From positions 84,756,001 to 84,820,000 of the forward strand of contig CM052817.1 in the NCBI GenBank assembly GCA_028534125.1: 64,000 nucleotides of DNA, written 5' to 3'. Below are positions 13,290 through 27,008 of the stretch, piece after piece (positions within the stretch are counted from its first letter, which is position 1; the number at the start of each line of letters is the position of its first letter). A program made the position numbers and the translations under genes. The notes below the pieces were generated by a model. That model worked only from the letters and a program-made list of their open reading frames with translations, ran no database searches and was not told the DNA's origin. This stretch comes from Lama glama. Lineage: Eukaryota.

Positions 13290-14080
13290 AGGCTAGCATT
13301 TACTGAGTTCCCATCATGCAGAAGGGGGCTAAGTGCTGAACTAAAACCTTAAGAAGATGCTCAATAATCGGACAAAAAACAAGGAAAACGAGGTCTATAA
13401 AACTGAATTTTATTACCCCAAATCACACAGTTAGGAAGTGGCATAGCCATCATTGTTGCCAAAAAACTGGCTTCCGTACCCCAATAGCTGAATTGAGACT
13501 TGGAGGCAGGGTTTGGGGAGAATTAGAGAAGAGCAGCTTTATTGCTTTGCCAGGCAGAGGTGGGGTCACAGCAGGCTAATGCCTTAGAGACTGTGAATCC
13601 AACTTGGGGTTGGGGTCCTGAGGTTTTATAGAAAAGCTGGATGGAACAGAAAGGCAACAACAAACAGGGCATTTTCCAGGGTGCTGTATTTTCCTCAATC
13701 TTCATGAATCCACCTGGCATCACAGAGAAGCTCCAGAGGGTCTGTTCATTCTTCTGAGGCTGTCAGCCCATGACCACCTTCCTGGAGCACAGCTTCTGAG
13801 TTAGAGGATAAGCTATTCTGGGTAAAGAATGTACAGGGAGTGGAAAGTGTAATGGAAAGATCGGGGGCTGCTTAGCACAAAAGCAGTTGAGCAAGTGAAG
13901 CAGAGATGGGGGTTTTTCAGAAAAAAGAGAAAAGCAAGTTGCAAGAATTCTAAGTCAGAATGAATCAACGAACAGCTTTAGCATCAAGGAAGCCACTTTG
14001 TTAGTTAGTTTCCTACTCTTTCAGCATGTGGACTCAAGCTATTCAGCTCCAAAGCCAAAGCTGTTTGCCACTATAGTCTA
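13290..14080 (-). mobile_element. MIR split by an ERV LTR
   Basis: ccaaatcacacagttaggaagtggcatagcc before the LTR continues as gtggactcaagc...ctccaaagcc after it. Confidence 0.65.
13454..14023 (-). mobile_element. ERV1-like solo LTR (~570 bp)
   Basis: TG...CA termini, AATAAA on the minus strand (tttatt ~13538), imperfect 4-bp TSD tcat/gcat, interrupts a MIR. Confidence 0.8.
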
Positions 14081-15280
14081 TTGCTTTCCAGAACCCAGAA
14101 TATGAGTTTGCAGAAAAATGAGGTATGAACCCTACATAGTGTTCACTTGAATGTGACAGATAGACACTGAGAAGATCAAAAGGAAGCTCTGTTGAGTTAG
14201 AATGGGAAAGATATTTCTTTCTATTTACTATTGAAGCCTTTTTGCAGGGCAGGAGGTGGGGATGGGAAAGGTTGCTTTATCTGCTGCTTATATTAGAATA
14301 AAAGGGGACATAGAATATTATATCTTAACATTCATAGGTTTTCTGAGGTTAGTTAATCATGGATAGCACGGGAAAACATAAGGTCAAATGCATGCTAAAA
14401 TGAGAAGAATATGTTTGTTTGTGTGTGCATGCGTGTGTGTGTGAGTGTATTTGCTGAAGTGCTATTTGGATGACTCACTGAGAACATAAGTTAATGCATT
14501 CACTGAATTTTTCAGTTGTTTAAAGAATAATCTACTCTCTTGCCTTACACCAGACTAAAAGGGCTCCCTAAACAGTCAGATACAAAGTAAGATAAAATAC
14601 ACCAAACTGTCTTGTCCTTGAACCTCTCTTCATACACGTGTTCAAAATTAATATACTTAAACAGAGTAACTCACCTATCTGCGGCACCCAGTGGCTTGCA
14701 GCTATATATAATACATATTAATAAACTAGGAGAATGTGGTTCCTGCCACACTCATTTTGTTTTCGTCCCCCTGACGGGGCTCTTGCTGTCAGAGGCTTCT
14801 TCTCAGGTAATGAAAGGCAACTCAAGACATACACATTCATTCCTTCCTCCCCTCCATCCTCTGTCTTGTCATCTCTGAGCAACAGAACCTTCCATTAGTG
14901 TTCACTTTAATAAGCCAATTTCTTTGGGTTTATAAGTGACAACTTTTAAATTAGTGGGTATCCATGCCAGTTTTTCATAGGGGGTAACTACATGTTGCTC
15001 TCTCACAATTAGGTTTTAATTAGCAAGATCATTGCCAGTTTTGAGAGAATGCAGCAGAGCTCTTTTCCTCTCCCTCCCTATTTTGGTAACATCTGGTTGG
15101 TAATGGAATGATATGGATATGTTTCATCAAAACGTGCCTAGGAAATGTCACTATGATCATCAAGGAAGAAAGCCAGAGTGAATCCTTCCAGCACTTAGAC
15201 ATAGATTTCTTTTCTCATTTTAATTCTGGTGTATGTCCTGCCTCTGTGACTTATGGGTACCTATCAAGACTTTGTAAGGT

Positions 15281-15302
15281 TGTGTGTGTGTGTGTGTGTG
15301 TG
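15281..15302. repeat. (TG)n microsatellite
   Basis: Direct reading. Confidence 0.95.
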
Positions 15303-15673
15303 CGTGCATGTGTTTTAATTCATGTTTTCATTTTCACACCATTTATACAGTTTAGAGCTGTTAAGAAAGAAGAAACGAGCTAGGGCAAAAGTTGCAGGGG
15401 GGAAAAACCTGGTTTGTTTAATGAAGACAACCCATTTTCAACTGGGGACTCAATAAGAGGGTAAGTCAAACCAAGACTGTTTGCTGGGGCAGTGCTGGCC
15501 ATTTACATTTTTCTGTAGAGTAGAGGGTGGTTAGTGGAAGTGCTAGGGTATGCTCTCATCCTCAGTAGTCCGTGTGGCACTTTGTCCTCCCATCTGCTTC
15601 CAGAGCACCTGACCATCCAATACTGTTACACCACACATGCTATTGTTGGTGGGCTATCCATTGTGTTGTTCTG

Positions 15674-15873
15674 TTAGATTCCACATATAAGTAATGTCAT
15701 AAGATATTTGTCTTTCTCTGTCTGACTTACTTCACTTAGTATGATAATCTCTAGGTCTATCCATGTTGCTGCAGATGGCATTATTTCATTCTTTTAATGT
15801 CTGAGCAGTATTCCAGTTTATCTGTATCTATATCTATATCTCAGCTTCTTTATCCAATCATCTGTCAATGGAC
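15674..15873 (-). mobile_element. Internal L1 3'-region fragment lacking tail
   Basis: ttagattccacatataag...tccatgttgctgcagatggc...catctgtcaatggac aligns with the L1 copies at ~18090-18280 and ~33660-33846. Confidence 0.88.
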
Positions 15874-17509
15874 TACCCAAATCTCTTTGTTCACAGCCCC
15901 CACGTCATGTGGAGAAAACTTTTGAATTAGCTCAGATTGGGCTTTGAGGATATAATATATCATTATAAACCCCCTTTCTGAGAGCTCAGCTACAACTAGT
16001 AAGGGCAGGCCAGCTGCTCTAACAAACAAGAGCAAAAATCTAAAAGTTCAAAAGATGTTTATTTCTCTCTCATAGAATAGTCCAGGCAGGTGTTCCCAAT
16101 TTTGTGCTTCTTTCAGAATCATCCCATGAAACCAACTTCATGTGTAATTCCTAATTGTAAAAGATAAACTATATTAAAAACAACTTTTCCAGTCCAGTAC
16201 TATACATACTCTCTTCTTTGAAAGCCCACAAAACACTTGGGTGTAAGATATTTGAGGTTAATTGCTGTTTTGTTTAAAAACACAGAAGCCTTGGTTTGGC
16301 TTGGAGTCCATCATCATGGGCTGCTGTGAAACAATGGTAGCAGACAGCATAGTCTGGAATCCAGCTCAGAAATGTGCACTTTAGAATTGGAAGGAATCCC
16401 ATAGGTCTTCTAGCCCTGGAGGAACAGACAATGAGTGAGTCGCCAAAAAACAAGTTTGTGTCTTCAATTTGAATAATCATTCAGAGATTAGAGTAAATTT
16501 TCTATTGGTTACTAAGGCATGTTTTCTTATTGGAGTATGATTACTGTCACTGAGGTAATGTTTGAAAATGAATGAGAAAGAATATGTGTGTTGGGATTTA
16601 GCCATAAGAGTGATATTCCTGTATCCCAGGTCATGGAGGTGGCCAGCTATTGAAGAGATTTTTCAACAAGTTATTCCTATTGAGGTCCCAATCTTCCAGG
16701 ATTTTCTGTGGCTCCTCCTGGCTGTGTAACTTAGAGGAAGTAGAAAGGTGATTATGTTTTGTCAGAAAAGAAAGCCAGTGTAGAATTTCACGTTAATACC
16801 AACAACTTCCACTTTGACAGTGTCATTCAGTCTTCACTGCAATCTTTCTAATTAACTCAAGCTCCACTGAATTCTGACTTGCATTATTGGAGCTTGTTCT
16901 TGGTTAATTATTTTGCTTTCCAGATCTATGTTGTTGAAATATTAAATGCATATTTGTAAGTGATGTTGGCGACTTTTCTTCTTTTAGGACTGCTAAACTT
17001 CTTTCCCATGATAAGAAGCCACATTTTGCTATCATTAAGGAAGGCTATCATTTTCTCCAAAGAAGGACTGAGTGTTATTACAAAACCTGACTGAAAACTA
17101 TGGCAGGAAAAAGTATGTGGAAAGCAGAAAGCAAAAACACTGCATCTCCTACCGTGGGCTTTCACACTGCTCCCACAGAGCTACTGAACTGCTCCTGAAA
17201 CTGATCGATTTTATCTGTGAAATAGGTGAAAAATGTATCCCAGCAAGATAAACCCTGAACTGTTCCTGAGTTTAAAAAGCAACAAGATATAAGTAGGACT
17301 TTTATTTGAAGGGACAGAAATACACGAGATAGTATCCAGTGACAAAGCTGGACGCCAACAGAGGTTGAATGCCAATGTCAGTGCTGTCGAGAAAGCACTT
17401 AATATTGTCATCTGTTTTAAGAGAGTTTATGTTTACAAGGCAGTCTGGAAGGCTGAATCTTTTCTCTCTATAGCTCTATCAGGATCTCTGTGGTGGTGAA
17501 TAATTAAAG

Positions 17510-17720
17510 TCAACAAGTATTTATTGAACAACTATTATGAGCAAATGACTGTATAAGATTCTCTGAGGTTTACAAAAATAAGCAAGACATAAACCATAGT
17601 ATGAAAGAGTTATAAACTTAACAAAAATAAGTCAAGTAAACAAACAGCAATATAACAAGTCTGAAAATGATATGTCCTTAGACTATGCAAACATATGCTT
17701 ATGGACATTGAAAGGAATGT
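17510..17720 (-). mobile_element. L2 3' fragment
   Basis: caacaagtatttattgaacaactattatgagcaa...aagacata..., reverse L2 tail. Confidence 0.55.
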
Positions 17721-17748
17721 CCTATTTTTTTCTATAATAAGAAAGATA

Positions 17749-18754
17749 ATTATTTATTTATTTTTAACATTTTTTTATTGAGTTATAGTCATTTTACAAT
17801 GTTGTGTCAAATTCCAGTGTAGAGCACAATTTTTCAGTTATACATGAGCATATATATATTCATTGTCACATTTATTTTCGCTGTGAGCTACCACAAGATC
17901 TTGTATTTATTTCCCTGTGCTATACAGTATGATCTTGTTTATCTATTCTGCATATGCCTGTCAGTATCTACAAATTTTGCAATCCCAGTCTGTCCCTTCC
18001 CACCTCCCTGCCCCCTTGGCAACCACAAGTTTGTATTCTATGTCTATGAGTCTATTTCTGTTTTGTATTTATGTTCACTTTTTTTTTTTTAGACTCCACA
18101 TATGAGCAATCTCATGTGGTATTTTTCTTTCTCTTTCTGGCTTACTTCACTTAGAATGACATTCTCCAGGGACATCTATGTTGCTGCAAATGGCATTATG
18201 TTGTCATTTTTTTGGCTAAATAGTATTCCATTGTATAAATAATACCACATCTTTTTTATCCAGTCATTGGTTTGATGGACATTTAGGCTATTTCCCTGTC
18301 TTGGCTGGTGTAAATAGTGCTGCTATGAACATTGGGGTGCAGGTGTCATCCTGAAGTAGATTTCCTTCTGGATATATGCCCAGGAGTGGGATGACTGGGT
18401 CATGTGGTAAGTCTATTCCTAGTCTTTTGAGGAATCTCCACACTGTTTTCCACAGTGGCTGCACCAAATTGCATTCCCACCAGCAGTGTAGGAGGGTTCT
18501 CTTTTCTCCACAGCCTCTCCAGCATTTCTTATTAGTGGACTTTTGAATGATAGTCATTCTGACTGGTGTGAGGTGATACCTCATTGTAGTTTTGATTTGC
18601 ATTTCTCTGATAATTAGTGATATTGAGCATTTTTTCATGTGCCTATTGATAATTTGTATTTCTTCCTTGGAGAATTGCTCGTTTAGGTCTTCTGCCCATT
18701 TTTGGATTGGGTTGTTTGTTTTTTTCTTATTATGTTATATGAGCTGCTTATATA
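17749..18754 (-). mobile_element. 5'-truncated young L1, ~1 kb
   Basis: ORF 18288-18638 ([19 protein letters not shown]...[18 protein letters not shown]) is the ORF2 cysteine-rich domain. T-rich tail at the left end. Partial TSD ataagaaa on both sides. Confidence 0.95.
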
Positions 18755-19241
18755 AGAAAATTTTTAATTCAGTTAAACATCAACTCCCAAAGGGCAAAAG
18801 CTGTGTTTTATGTTATGTATAATATTAAGTACGTAACACAGATGACATATTTCGTAAGTTTTTCAAATTGCTGAAGGTGTAGACATTGAATGCTCGTTAG
18901 TGACTATTAACACCAAGAAATCACTGGGAAACAAAAGCATCCCATTTAAACAGGTGGATTTGCCCCAGTAAAGAATGCCTCTATCCATTTCTTTCCCAGA
19001 TTTCAGTTATAGGGCAATTTTAGGTACTTAAACTATCTTTAAGGGATTATAAAAGAGTCACTTCTGTTTAGGGCTCTTAATAATTTCCTTATGAAGATGG
19101 CAGTGGATTGAATTCCAGGTGCGCACATGGAGTCAAATTAGGTTCCTTGAGTCCACTAAAACGGCGATGTCCCCAGGACTGGGTAGGTCTTGAAGAAATG
19201 GCAAGAGCTGGGTATTTGCATTCTAACCTTAGCCTGACTGC

Positions 19242-19821
19242 TGTTGTTGCCAGAGAGCAGGTTCTTGTCTTGTCACAGAGAGAATTCAGAGATGAGACCC
19301 AGATGTCAGGAAAGTAAAGTGAGGATTTATTAAGTGATAGCACACTCTCAAAGGGAGAGCAGACAGACCCAGGTGAGCCTCTGTGCTGTTTCTCTGGCAA
19401 GCTAGTTACATAGGGTGTAAAAGTGAACAGGTGGAATATTCATTAGAGAGGGAGGGGTTTGGCATTGTATTTCCTGATTTCCACCCTAGCTCCACCTCCC
19501 CGAGAGAAGGAGGGATTTTAGTCCTCATTTAATTTTGATCCGAAGTGTCATGGCATCAGCGCATGATAGGTACTTGTTATCTGCAAGGCTAATTTTATTT
19601 TAATGAGGGCATAATGAGCCAAAGTTACATTAGTATCCTGGAAATTTCCTGCCTTTACCCACCTTTCTTTGTCTACCTCTTGTCACTTGTGTAATTTCTT
19701 ATCATTCCTGAGGTTCCTGCTTTCCTCTGTCTGCCCTGTTGTTCACAAGGTGTATGATTTTCTGCCATTTGGCATAAGCCCCTTTTCTCTGCTCATATCT
19801 AGTTGTCTGCCTGCTCTAACA
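19242..19821 (-). mobile_element. ERV-type solo LTR (~580 bp)
   Basis: tgttg...ctaaca termini, minus-strand AATAAA (tttatt ~19326), typical U5-like text. No convincing TSD. Confidence 0.75.
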
Positions 19822-22800
19822 CAATTAGAAATCACAGTGTATGGAGATCCTAAAATAATCTTTGCTGGGCCTTCACAACTGTGGATACTTGGGTTACTTC
19901 TATTTTTGCAGTTATTCTAGCAGCTTCTCCATGTAATTTGTATTTTCAGTTCTTTTGAATGAATTTCTAAATTTCTACTGGAAAGAAATATTGAAGGGGT
20001 GGAAGGAGCACTGGGGCTAGCTTATGAAATACCTAGAAGAGGTGGGGGGAGAGTCTTATACTTTAGCTTTAAGACTATAAGTTATTCGAGTGCAAGGACT
20101 GGACTTCATACTGTAGTAATGTTCCCAAGAACATAATTCAAGAAATACTCATGTTGACTGAAAATGTCAAAGGAAGGGGCGCTTCTGCTTTAGGTATCAA
20201 GTCTAGGAATGACAACACTTTGCTCCAGTTTTTAATTAAACTTTGAATTATTGTATTGCTTGTTTTCACTGTTCAAACAGCCAGTAGATGTCATGCTTTT
20301 GAGGGAATCACTGTATTGCATCAGACAAACATTGGAATGTGTGTAAGTCCATTCTCCTTACCCACTGTGTCCTACCAAGCTAGTGAGAATGGGTGATAGC
20401 ACAATGGTGTAATATGTCATTGAGTTCAAATTAGAAAAATTCAAACTTACAATATTAAAATATATGTGAAGCTGAATCAGGCTGTGCTTATAGCTTGCTA
20501 ATAGATCACATTTTTCACTTGCTTCTCTGATTTTCAGAACTAGCAACTGAAAACTTGAGATGTAAAAGAATAGGCTTGGAATGAATTTTAAGGAATAACC
20601 TAGTGCATTTTTCTGTGGCTGGCAGATTTTGTCTAAACTCTTCTTTGCAGGGGAGAATCTCTCCTATTTGAAAATACCTGCCAGGAAGGAAATTCTAGCA
20701 TTCCCTATAATACCATTATGATTCATGGAAATAACTTGTTTCCTTCAAAAATAAACAGTTTCCTCAATTATTTTGTTTCTGGCAATGCCCATTTCAGAAA
20801 TAATAAATCCAGCATAAGTGTCACTTTTTTTTTAAGGTTTTAGTAGAATATATTAGTTGGAGAGAAATGCATATTGAACAGTGAAGAAAAAAGTTTTTTC
20901 TTCCAGATCAAGGTTATTTCTAACAAGAAAATAGAAAGTCCATTACTAATGCCTTTGCATTAAAGCTCACTTCCTCTTGAGTGATCCTGAAGGATGTTCT
21001 TGCATATCAATGTTGTACCAAAGGCTTTTATTATCTCTGTGGTTTTGTTTATTCAAATGTTTTCCCCACATGTAATTTCTTCATATATAAACTAAATAGA
21101 TGTAAATACATGTCTTTTAAGAAGTCTGTAAATCTTTCTTTAATGAAGGTGCCCTTCAGTGCAACGGGCCTATTTGGGTGTTGTTCAAAGATGGGTTCAC
21201 TTTCATTAATTTTTTCAAAAAATTTTACTTTTAATCAGAGATGGCAAAATCAGATCAAATAGAAGCAGAATTTCTCCTTTTTGATATTATTCAAGACTCT
21301 TCATCCTCAGGGTGCTCCAGATAGCTGATTGTTCTCAACACAGCAGGATTTAGGCCAGTAAGGAGAAAGGGTTAACATCACCTGATATTGTTGGGGGTGG
21401 GGCGGGGAGTGACTGGGTTAAGCAGAGGAGAGAATTGTTATTGGGTTAGTTGGTTGTATAGTTTAAATCATTAAACACATAAGCATGGCAATGTGCTGTG
21501 ACTAAAAAGCAAATAACTCACCCCTGTCAAAAAAATGTAGCTTTTTTTTTCTCGCTATGAAATTAACTATCAATTCATATGCAATCCCAGATTAAAAAAA
21601 ATGGTGGTGAACCAGATGCACTGGTGCATGAGAATGGAAGTAATTGTTTGTGGTTTTCATGAGAAGATTGCCAGTTTGCAGCATTTAAATTACCCACAAA
21701 CTGCTTTTTACATCTCTAATTGTAGCTCTGTTGTTTTCAGGGAGTGTTGAATTGACATTGACAAACACAGACTTAGAAAGTGTACAAAGACATGAAAACA
21801 GCACGAAATTTGCCCCAAAAATGATTCAGTGAATATGCTGCAGCATTCTATTTATTCTTTGATATGCCAAAATTTCCTTTTTTTCTCTAAGGAGCAATGC
21901 TGACTTTAGTAAGTTAATGAGAAGTAGTAACTGCAGAGATGTTGAATAAATCCAGCACATAACTTCCGTGAATTATTATATGCCTTCTCTTTTATATTTT
22001 TAAGAATTGTTTAAATTTAATTAAATCCATTGCCTGTTCCTTTAACTCTTCAGATTCTTTATTTACTTTCAGTATTTAATTCACCTGCAGCAGCTTTTCC
22101 CCCATTCAAATCTTGCTGTGATAAAATTTTAGCTCTGGGGAAGAGTCAAAACAGGATTCTATTGATGTATTCCACTCATCTTCTTTTGCTTTAATCCCTA
22201 ATTTTTCTGTAAAATAAGGCCACTAACCTCTTGGGCCTAAAGAATGAAAAGCTGGCTTATCATAGAAACAAAACAATGAAGAAAGAGGTAATTTAGATTT
22301 TTAATTTGTAAAGCCACTTGAGTATGTGGTGTTAATTCTAGGGTGCAAACAACTGCAGCAACAACAAAAGTGATTTCCAAACCCGCAATTCAGTACTGGT
22401 TTCTTCTGAAAGAGACATTTCGTTCTTAAAGGGTCATATGGAGTTAAAAATATGAAGATAAACAAAAGCTTAGCAAGAGGAAATTCAAGGCACATATGCT
22501 GGGGAGAAGGACCATGTTAAAAGCAGAAAACAAACGAAAAAAAGATTTAAACCATCTAACTTTGGGCAATGCTACAAGAAAAGTGGCCCACAGTTTGCTT
22601 GGCATAGCCTTTTGAAAGCTCATGTAGTGAGAATAATTCGCAGAAGCTGTGTGTGTGTGCTTCCAGAAGAGCTGGGCCCCATGCACACTTGCAGAGGACT
22701 ATGCTGCAGAAAGAGTTGTCCTTTACCTTTAAAACTTGAAGGAAAGCAGGGAACCGTTTATCCCATAATGTTCACAAGCTTTGAAGGAAGTAGAATGTGG

Positions 22801-22979
22801 GACCCTGACACAGCAAGCTGACTTGATGCCTCTGTAATGATATGCCCCTTGTTGGTTTTCTTTGATTTGTATCTTGATCCAGACTGTGGCTTAATTTGAG
22901 TAGGACCAAAGAGTTGAAATTGTAGAAATGGAAGTAGAAATTTAGCTCAATAAAAGAGACTTTTTTTTTTTTTTTAAGT

Positions 22980-23135
22980 TGAACAGTTTAAAACTAGAAT
23001 GGGCTGCCTTGGGAAGTGTGAGCTCTCCATGGGTGCAGGTGCAGGAACAGGCAGGATGGCCAGCTGTCGAGGAGATTTACAGGAGACTGAGTGGGAGGAC
23101 AGACCAGATGACCTATAAAGTTCCTTTCCCTTCCA
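22980..23135 (+). mobile_element. L3/MIR3-type 3' end
   Basis: aatgggctgccttgggaagtgtgagctctcc...gaccagatgacctataaagttccttt. Confidence 0.55.
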
Positions 23136-24229
23136 ATACGTACTTTATTTTGGTTTATTTTAAAATTCATTCTCAGCTTTTGCTTTCTTGCCTTTGGGTC
23201 CGCTACTCTTCCTGGTTCTCTAGGAGCTGTGGAGAGCTGCTACGTTGTATGGCGGTAGAGGTGGTGGTGCAGCGTCAGCAACTTAGACTATTCTTAATAG
23301 TTACATTTCCTTCGCCATCATCATCCCCTCTTTTTCATGTGTGATGCCAGCAGAGTGACCACCAAGGCTTTGGTATTTAAAGAAATACCATTTAAAGAAG
23401 TTTAAAGAAATTCACACCAATGTCCCTTGAAACCTAACTTTTCTTTTACTTTTTGGAAACGTTTATTACCTGACAGTCCCACATATGATTTAGACTAAAT
23501 CAGCAGGAACTGTAAATAACAGCACTGAAATTTAATTTGGAAATTATTCCACTAAGCAAATATTATGACCTCTGTGGTTACCTGACAGCTCACTCTCTCA
23601 ACAGAGGATTTTTTTTTAAGACAGTTTGTTTTTCAAACATGATGATAATTCTGCTAATCCCAGACTGAAAGGCAGATGACTTCAATTTATTTTCCAGTAG
23701 ATTTTCTGGTAGCCTCTGTCTTTTTGTTGTTATTATTTGGCTTCTATTTTTATGTGGAAGATTTAGGCTCAGTCACCTAAACTCTCATCCTGGTTTATTT
23801 GTGGCCACTGACGCAGATGACAAGAGAATATTTTTAAACATTAAGTTCCGTGCTTTCCTCTTTTCTCCTCAGGACCTTTCCTCTAGTCAAGCACGGATAG
23901 CTACTTTGCCTCTGGGGAGAAGTAGGATTTTTTCATGGGAGTGGAAATAATGAGAAGCAATAAGTCTGTTTTTTTCTTTTCTTTTTTTAACTTCCCAAAC
24001 AAGCTTTTGACAATCAAAAGAGAAATCACTGAAGGTAGCAGGTTAAAGTGTTTATATCATAACAATGGATTTGGAGAAATAAGGAGAACCAGTCTAGCCT
24101 ACCCTTTCTACTACTGTGTGACCTTGAAGGATAGCTATACACCTGGAGGGGAAAGAGAGGTGATTGGGTATGACCTGAGGGGAGTCTCTAATGAGGGATG
24201 AGAGATTTGGGGAGACTCTTTGGAGATAA

Positions 24230-24449
24230 GCAGGCCAGTTTAGAAGGCTTTTAAGAACCAACCTTGGAAGTCAAGCAATATCACTTCCACTGAATTCTCC
24301 TGGTTAAGGCAATTGTAAATGTTCACTCAGGTTCAAGAGGAGGGAACATAGATTCCACCTCTTGATGGAGCAATATGTGTCAATTATGGAGGCATATGGA
24401 ATAAGATACATATTGTTACAGCTTTCCATGAAAAATTCCATCTCCTACA
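24230..24449 (-). mobile_element. MLT1 (MaLR) LTR fragment
   Basis: atcacttccactgaattct...ttcaagaggagggaacatagattccacctcttgatgg. Confidence 0.7.
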
Positions 24450-24966
24450 GTGGCTTAGTGTATCCAGAGTACTCTAGATCAATAGAGGACATGGTAGACT
24501 CCAACAGTATACTATTCCCAAAGGAAGACAACCAAGAACTAAAAACTGTTCAATGTTTCATAATGAACTTCTTGGCTTTTTTGGATAAAGTGACATTCTC
24601 CTGAAATAAAGGGAAACTTTCATCAAAATTGACTTTCAATTTCATAGATATGTAATTAATTTGTCTTGTAATGTAATAGAGATATTACGCATTGTCATGA
24701 TTTATATCTTCCAATTTTATCTCAAGATGCTTTGTTATATTTTTCTACTTTTTCTATTTTTCTTATTTAAATTAATGCTTTTTGATATCTAGGATGGGAG
24801 GATATCTTCAAACTTTCAAGTAAAATTCTTAGGCCATAGAGTGAGATTCATGTTTTATATATTTAAATTTAATGCATATATGATGAATACATAAATTATT
24901 AAACTATAGTATGTTGTAATTACCTCAGTGGAAGGAAATCATTCCTATCTTTTCTCTCTTTCTTTC

Positions 24967-25400
24967 TGTGTCAATTAGGCTGTTTTAGGCTGTGGCCTCT
25001 CTTAATGGCTTAACCAGTGTAGATGATCTATTATCTTACTAACAAGAATTCAACAAGAAAGACTTCTCAGGCCATAATAGGGCAGGGCTGCACTTCTCTG
25101 AGGATCTCTTAGCTTTGCATCCGAGGTGTGCTGGCTTTATGCTCAGCTGATCAGCAGAATGGCTGCAGCAGTTCTGGGCATCACATCTACAGACAGCAGT
25201 GAAAGGCACAAAGAGATGATCTCTTCTGATGTTTCCTTTCCTTCTTAGGAATGAGAAACTTTTTCCAGGAGACCCCCTCTCCCTCGTATCTCTTTGGCTA
25301 GAACTGGGTCACATGCCCACCTTAGACAACTACTAGCCCAAGTATGGGATCAGCTTGATGCGTTTCTCTACCAGAAAAGATTTAACTCTAAGAGCAGGGA
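24967..25400 (-). mobile_element. Old MLT1 (MaLR) LTR
   Basis: atggctgcagcagttctgggcatcaca...tctttggctagaactgggtcacatgcccacc. Confidence 0.65.
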
Positions 25401-25439
25401 TTGGGTCAAGTTTCCTAAATCAAGAGATTTACCTGTGAG

Positions 25440-25530
25440 CAGCCCTCCCCATATCAGTAAATAAAGTTTTATTGGGTTATAGTCACGCACATTCATTTAC
25501 TATTTGTCTATGACAGCTTTCACACTAAAA
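25440..25530 (-). mobile_element. MER58-like fragment
   Basis: gtaaataaagttttattgg...cattcatttac...gtctatgacagcttt is the reverse of the element at 31014. Confidence 0.6.
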
Positions 25531-25564
25531 CTAACAAACCCTAGGAAATATCTAGGGTCAAAAC

Positions 25565-25790
25565 TTAGATTATAGATGATTCTTCTTTCTAATACATGCA
25601 TTCAAGCGATAAAATTTCCTCTAAGCGCTGCTTTTGCTGCATCTCACGGATTTTGATAAGTTGTGTTTTCATTTTCATCTAGTTCAAAATATTTTTAAAT
25701 GTCCCTTGAGATTTCTTCCTTGACCGATATATTATTTAGAAGTGTGTTGTTTAATTTCTGTTTTTTTTTTTAATTTTCTAATTATCTCTC
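25565..25790 (-). mobile_element. Old L1 ORF2 fragment
   Basis: aatttcctctaagcgctgcttttgctgcatctcac...tttagaagtgtgttgtttaatttc is a typical antisense L1M ORF2 segment. Confidence 0.75.
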
Positions 25791-26847
25791 TGTGTCTCTC
25801 CTCAGTACCTAAAGTATTTTTAAACTTATGGCTGATTGGAGTTTTTTTCAGTATCATATTTCATATATAGACTTCAGGAAAAACATGTCAGGCCAAAAGA
25901 GAGCCAATGGTTGAAACAGGGGTAGCAGGTGAATACACCTACGTTACCTGTCTTTGGAGCCCTGAGACAGTTTTGGGGGAAATCTCAGGTTCTGCTGAGC
26001 TAGGCTGGAGTCTACCCACAAACCCATTGCATTCCCACTTGGCTTTAGCCACCAGGAAGCTTACAGTCAAATTTTCAGTCCAGCTCTAAATTGTCTAACT
26101 TTATCTAATGATTCTACCCCATTGTATAAGAAAAAAAATTTTCTATAAAATGCTTCAAATCCTCTTTTTTTGGGGAAAGGGTAGGGTATAATTTGATAAT
26201 TACAAATATCTCTAGTTTTATGACCAAGGCTTTCACCAAGGATCAGTAGTAGGCTCATTACATAATTGTTTTATGCAGCGTAATAAGCCCTCTGTCAGAT
26301 TCATCCTGCACTTTTCTAAAACCACAGGTAAATACACAGATTAGCACCTATATTTTAAAAGTGTTCATTAGTATCCCTGAAAGCACAGCTGAGAATTATA
26401 GGTGGAGACTTCACCTTATAAAATATGTCCTTACTTCTTGGATGGACTTTTCTTTTTTCCCTTGAGATTCAAAAATTGTGTTCATTTCAGTTTCTTCACT
26501 CTCATGAAGCTAGCTGAAATCCTAGCCGGTAACATGTTTCATCCTTTCCTCTGTTAGCTTTTATCACAACAGAGTGGCAGACCTTTCAAGGGGCTTTCTT
26601 GCAACCTCTCTGGGATTTTGCTCCTGCTCTTGCAAAGACTCTCACCTTTTGTGAAAGCATTCGGAACCTGTACCATGCAAACCACCAGACACAGTCTTTG
26701 ACACTCTTCTATGTGGCATTTCTATAATGCTTACTACATCTGTAAAATCCCAGGTCTCTTTGGAATCAATGGAAAATATGAAATATTTTTGAAGACATTT
26801 TTTAGAGAAAAGCAATATGCAGATATCTTAGCAAATCCAGCTGTCTC

Positions 26848-27008
26848 TGGTATAGGCAGTGGGGGAGGTTCAGTTAAGGTGTCCCTGAGCGATAGTTGGA
26901 ATGGGAAATAAAACATGTGGAGGGGTGGGTGCTCTCTCACTGGCATCCTTTCCTCCTGTCAGTCACCCTCCTCTACCTTAACAATCAGGCATTTCAGTGT
27001 GGGTCCAG
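26848..27008 (+). repeat. Direct-repeat donor segment A (copy at 28625-28785)
   Basis: Ungapped manual alignment over 161 bp, 17 mismatches. Confidence 0.95.

Noticed and set aside
17844..18822. Plus-strand ORFs overlapping L1 (also 34158-34633)
   Set aside because: Antisense frames of L1 ORF2/3' UTR, not genes.
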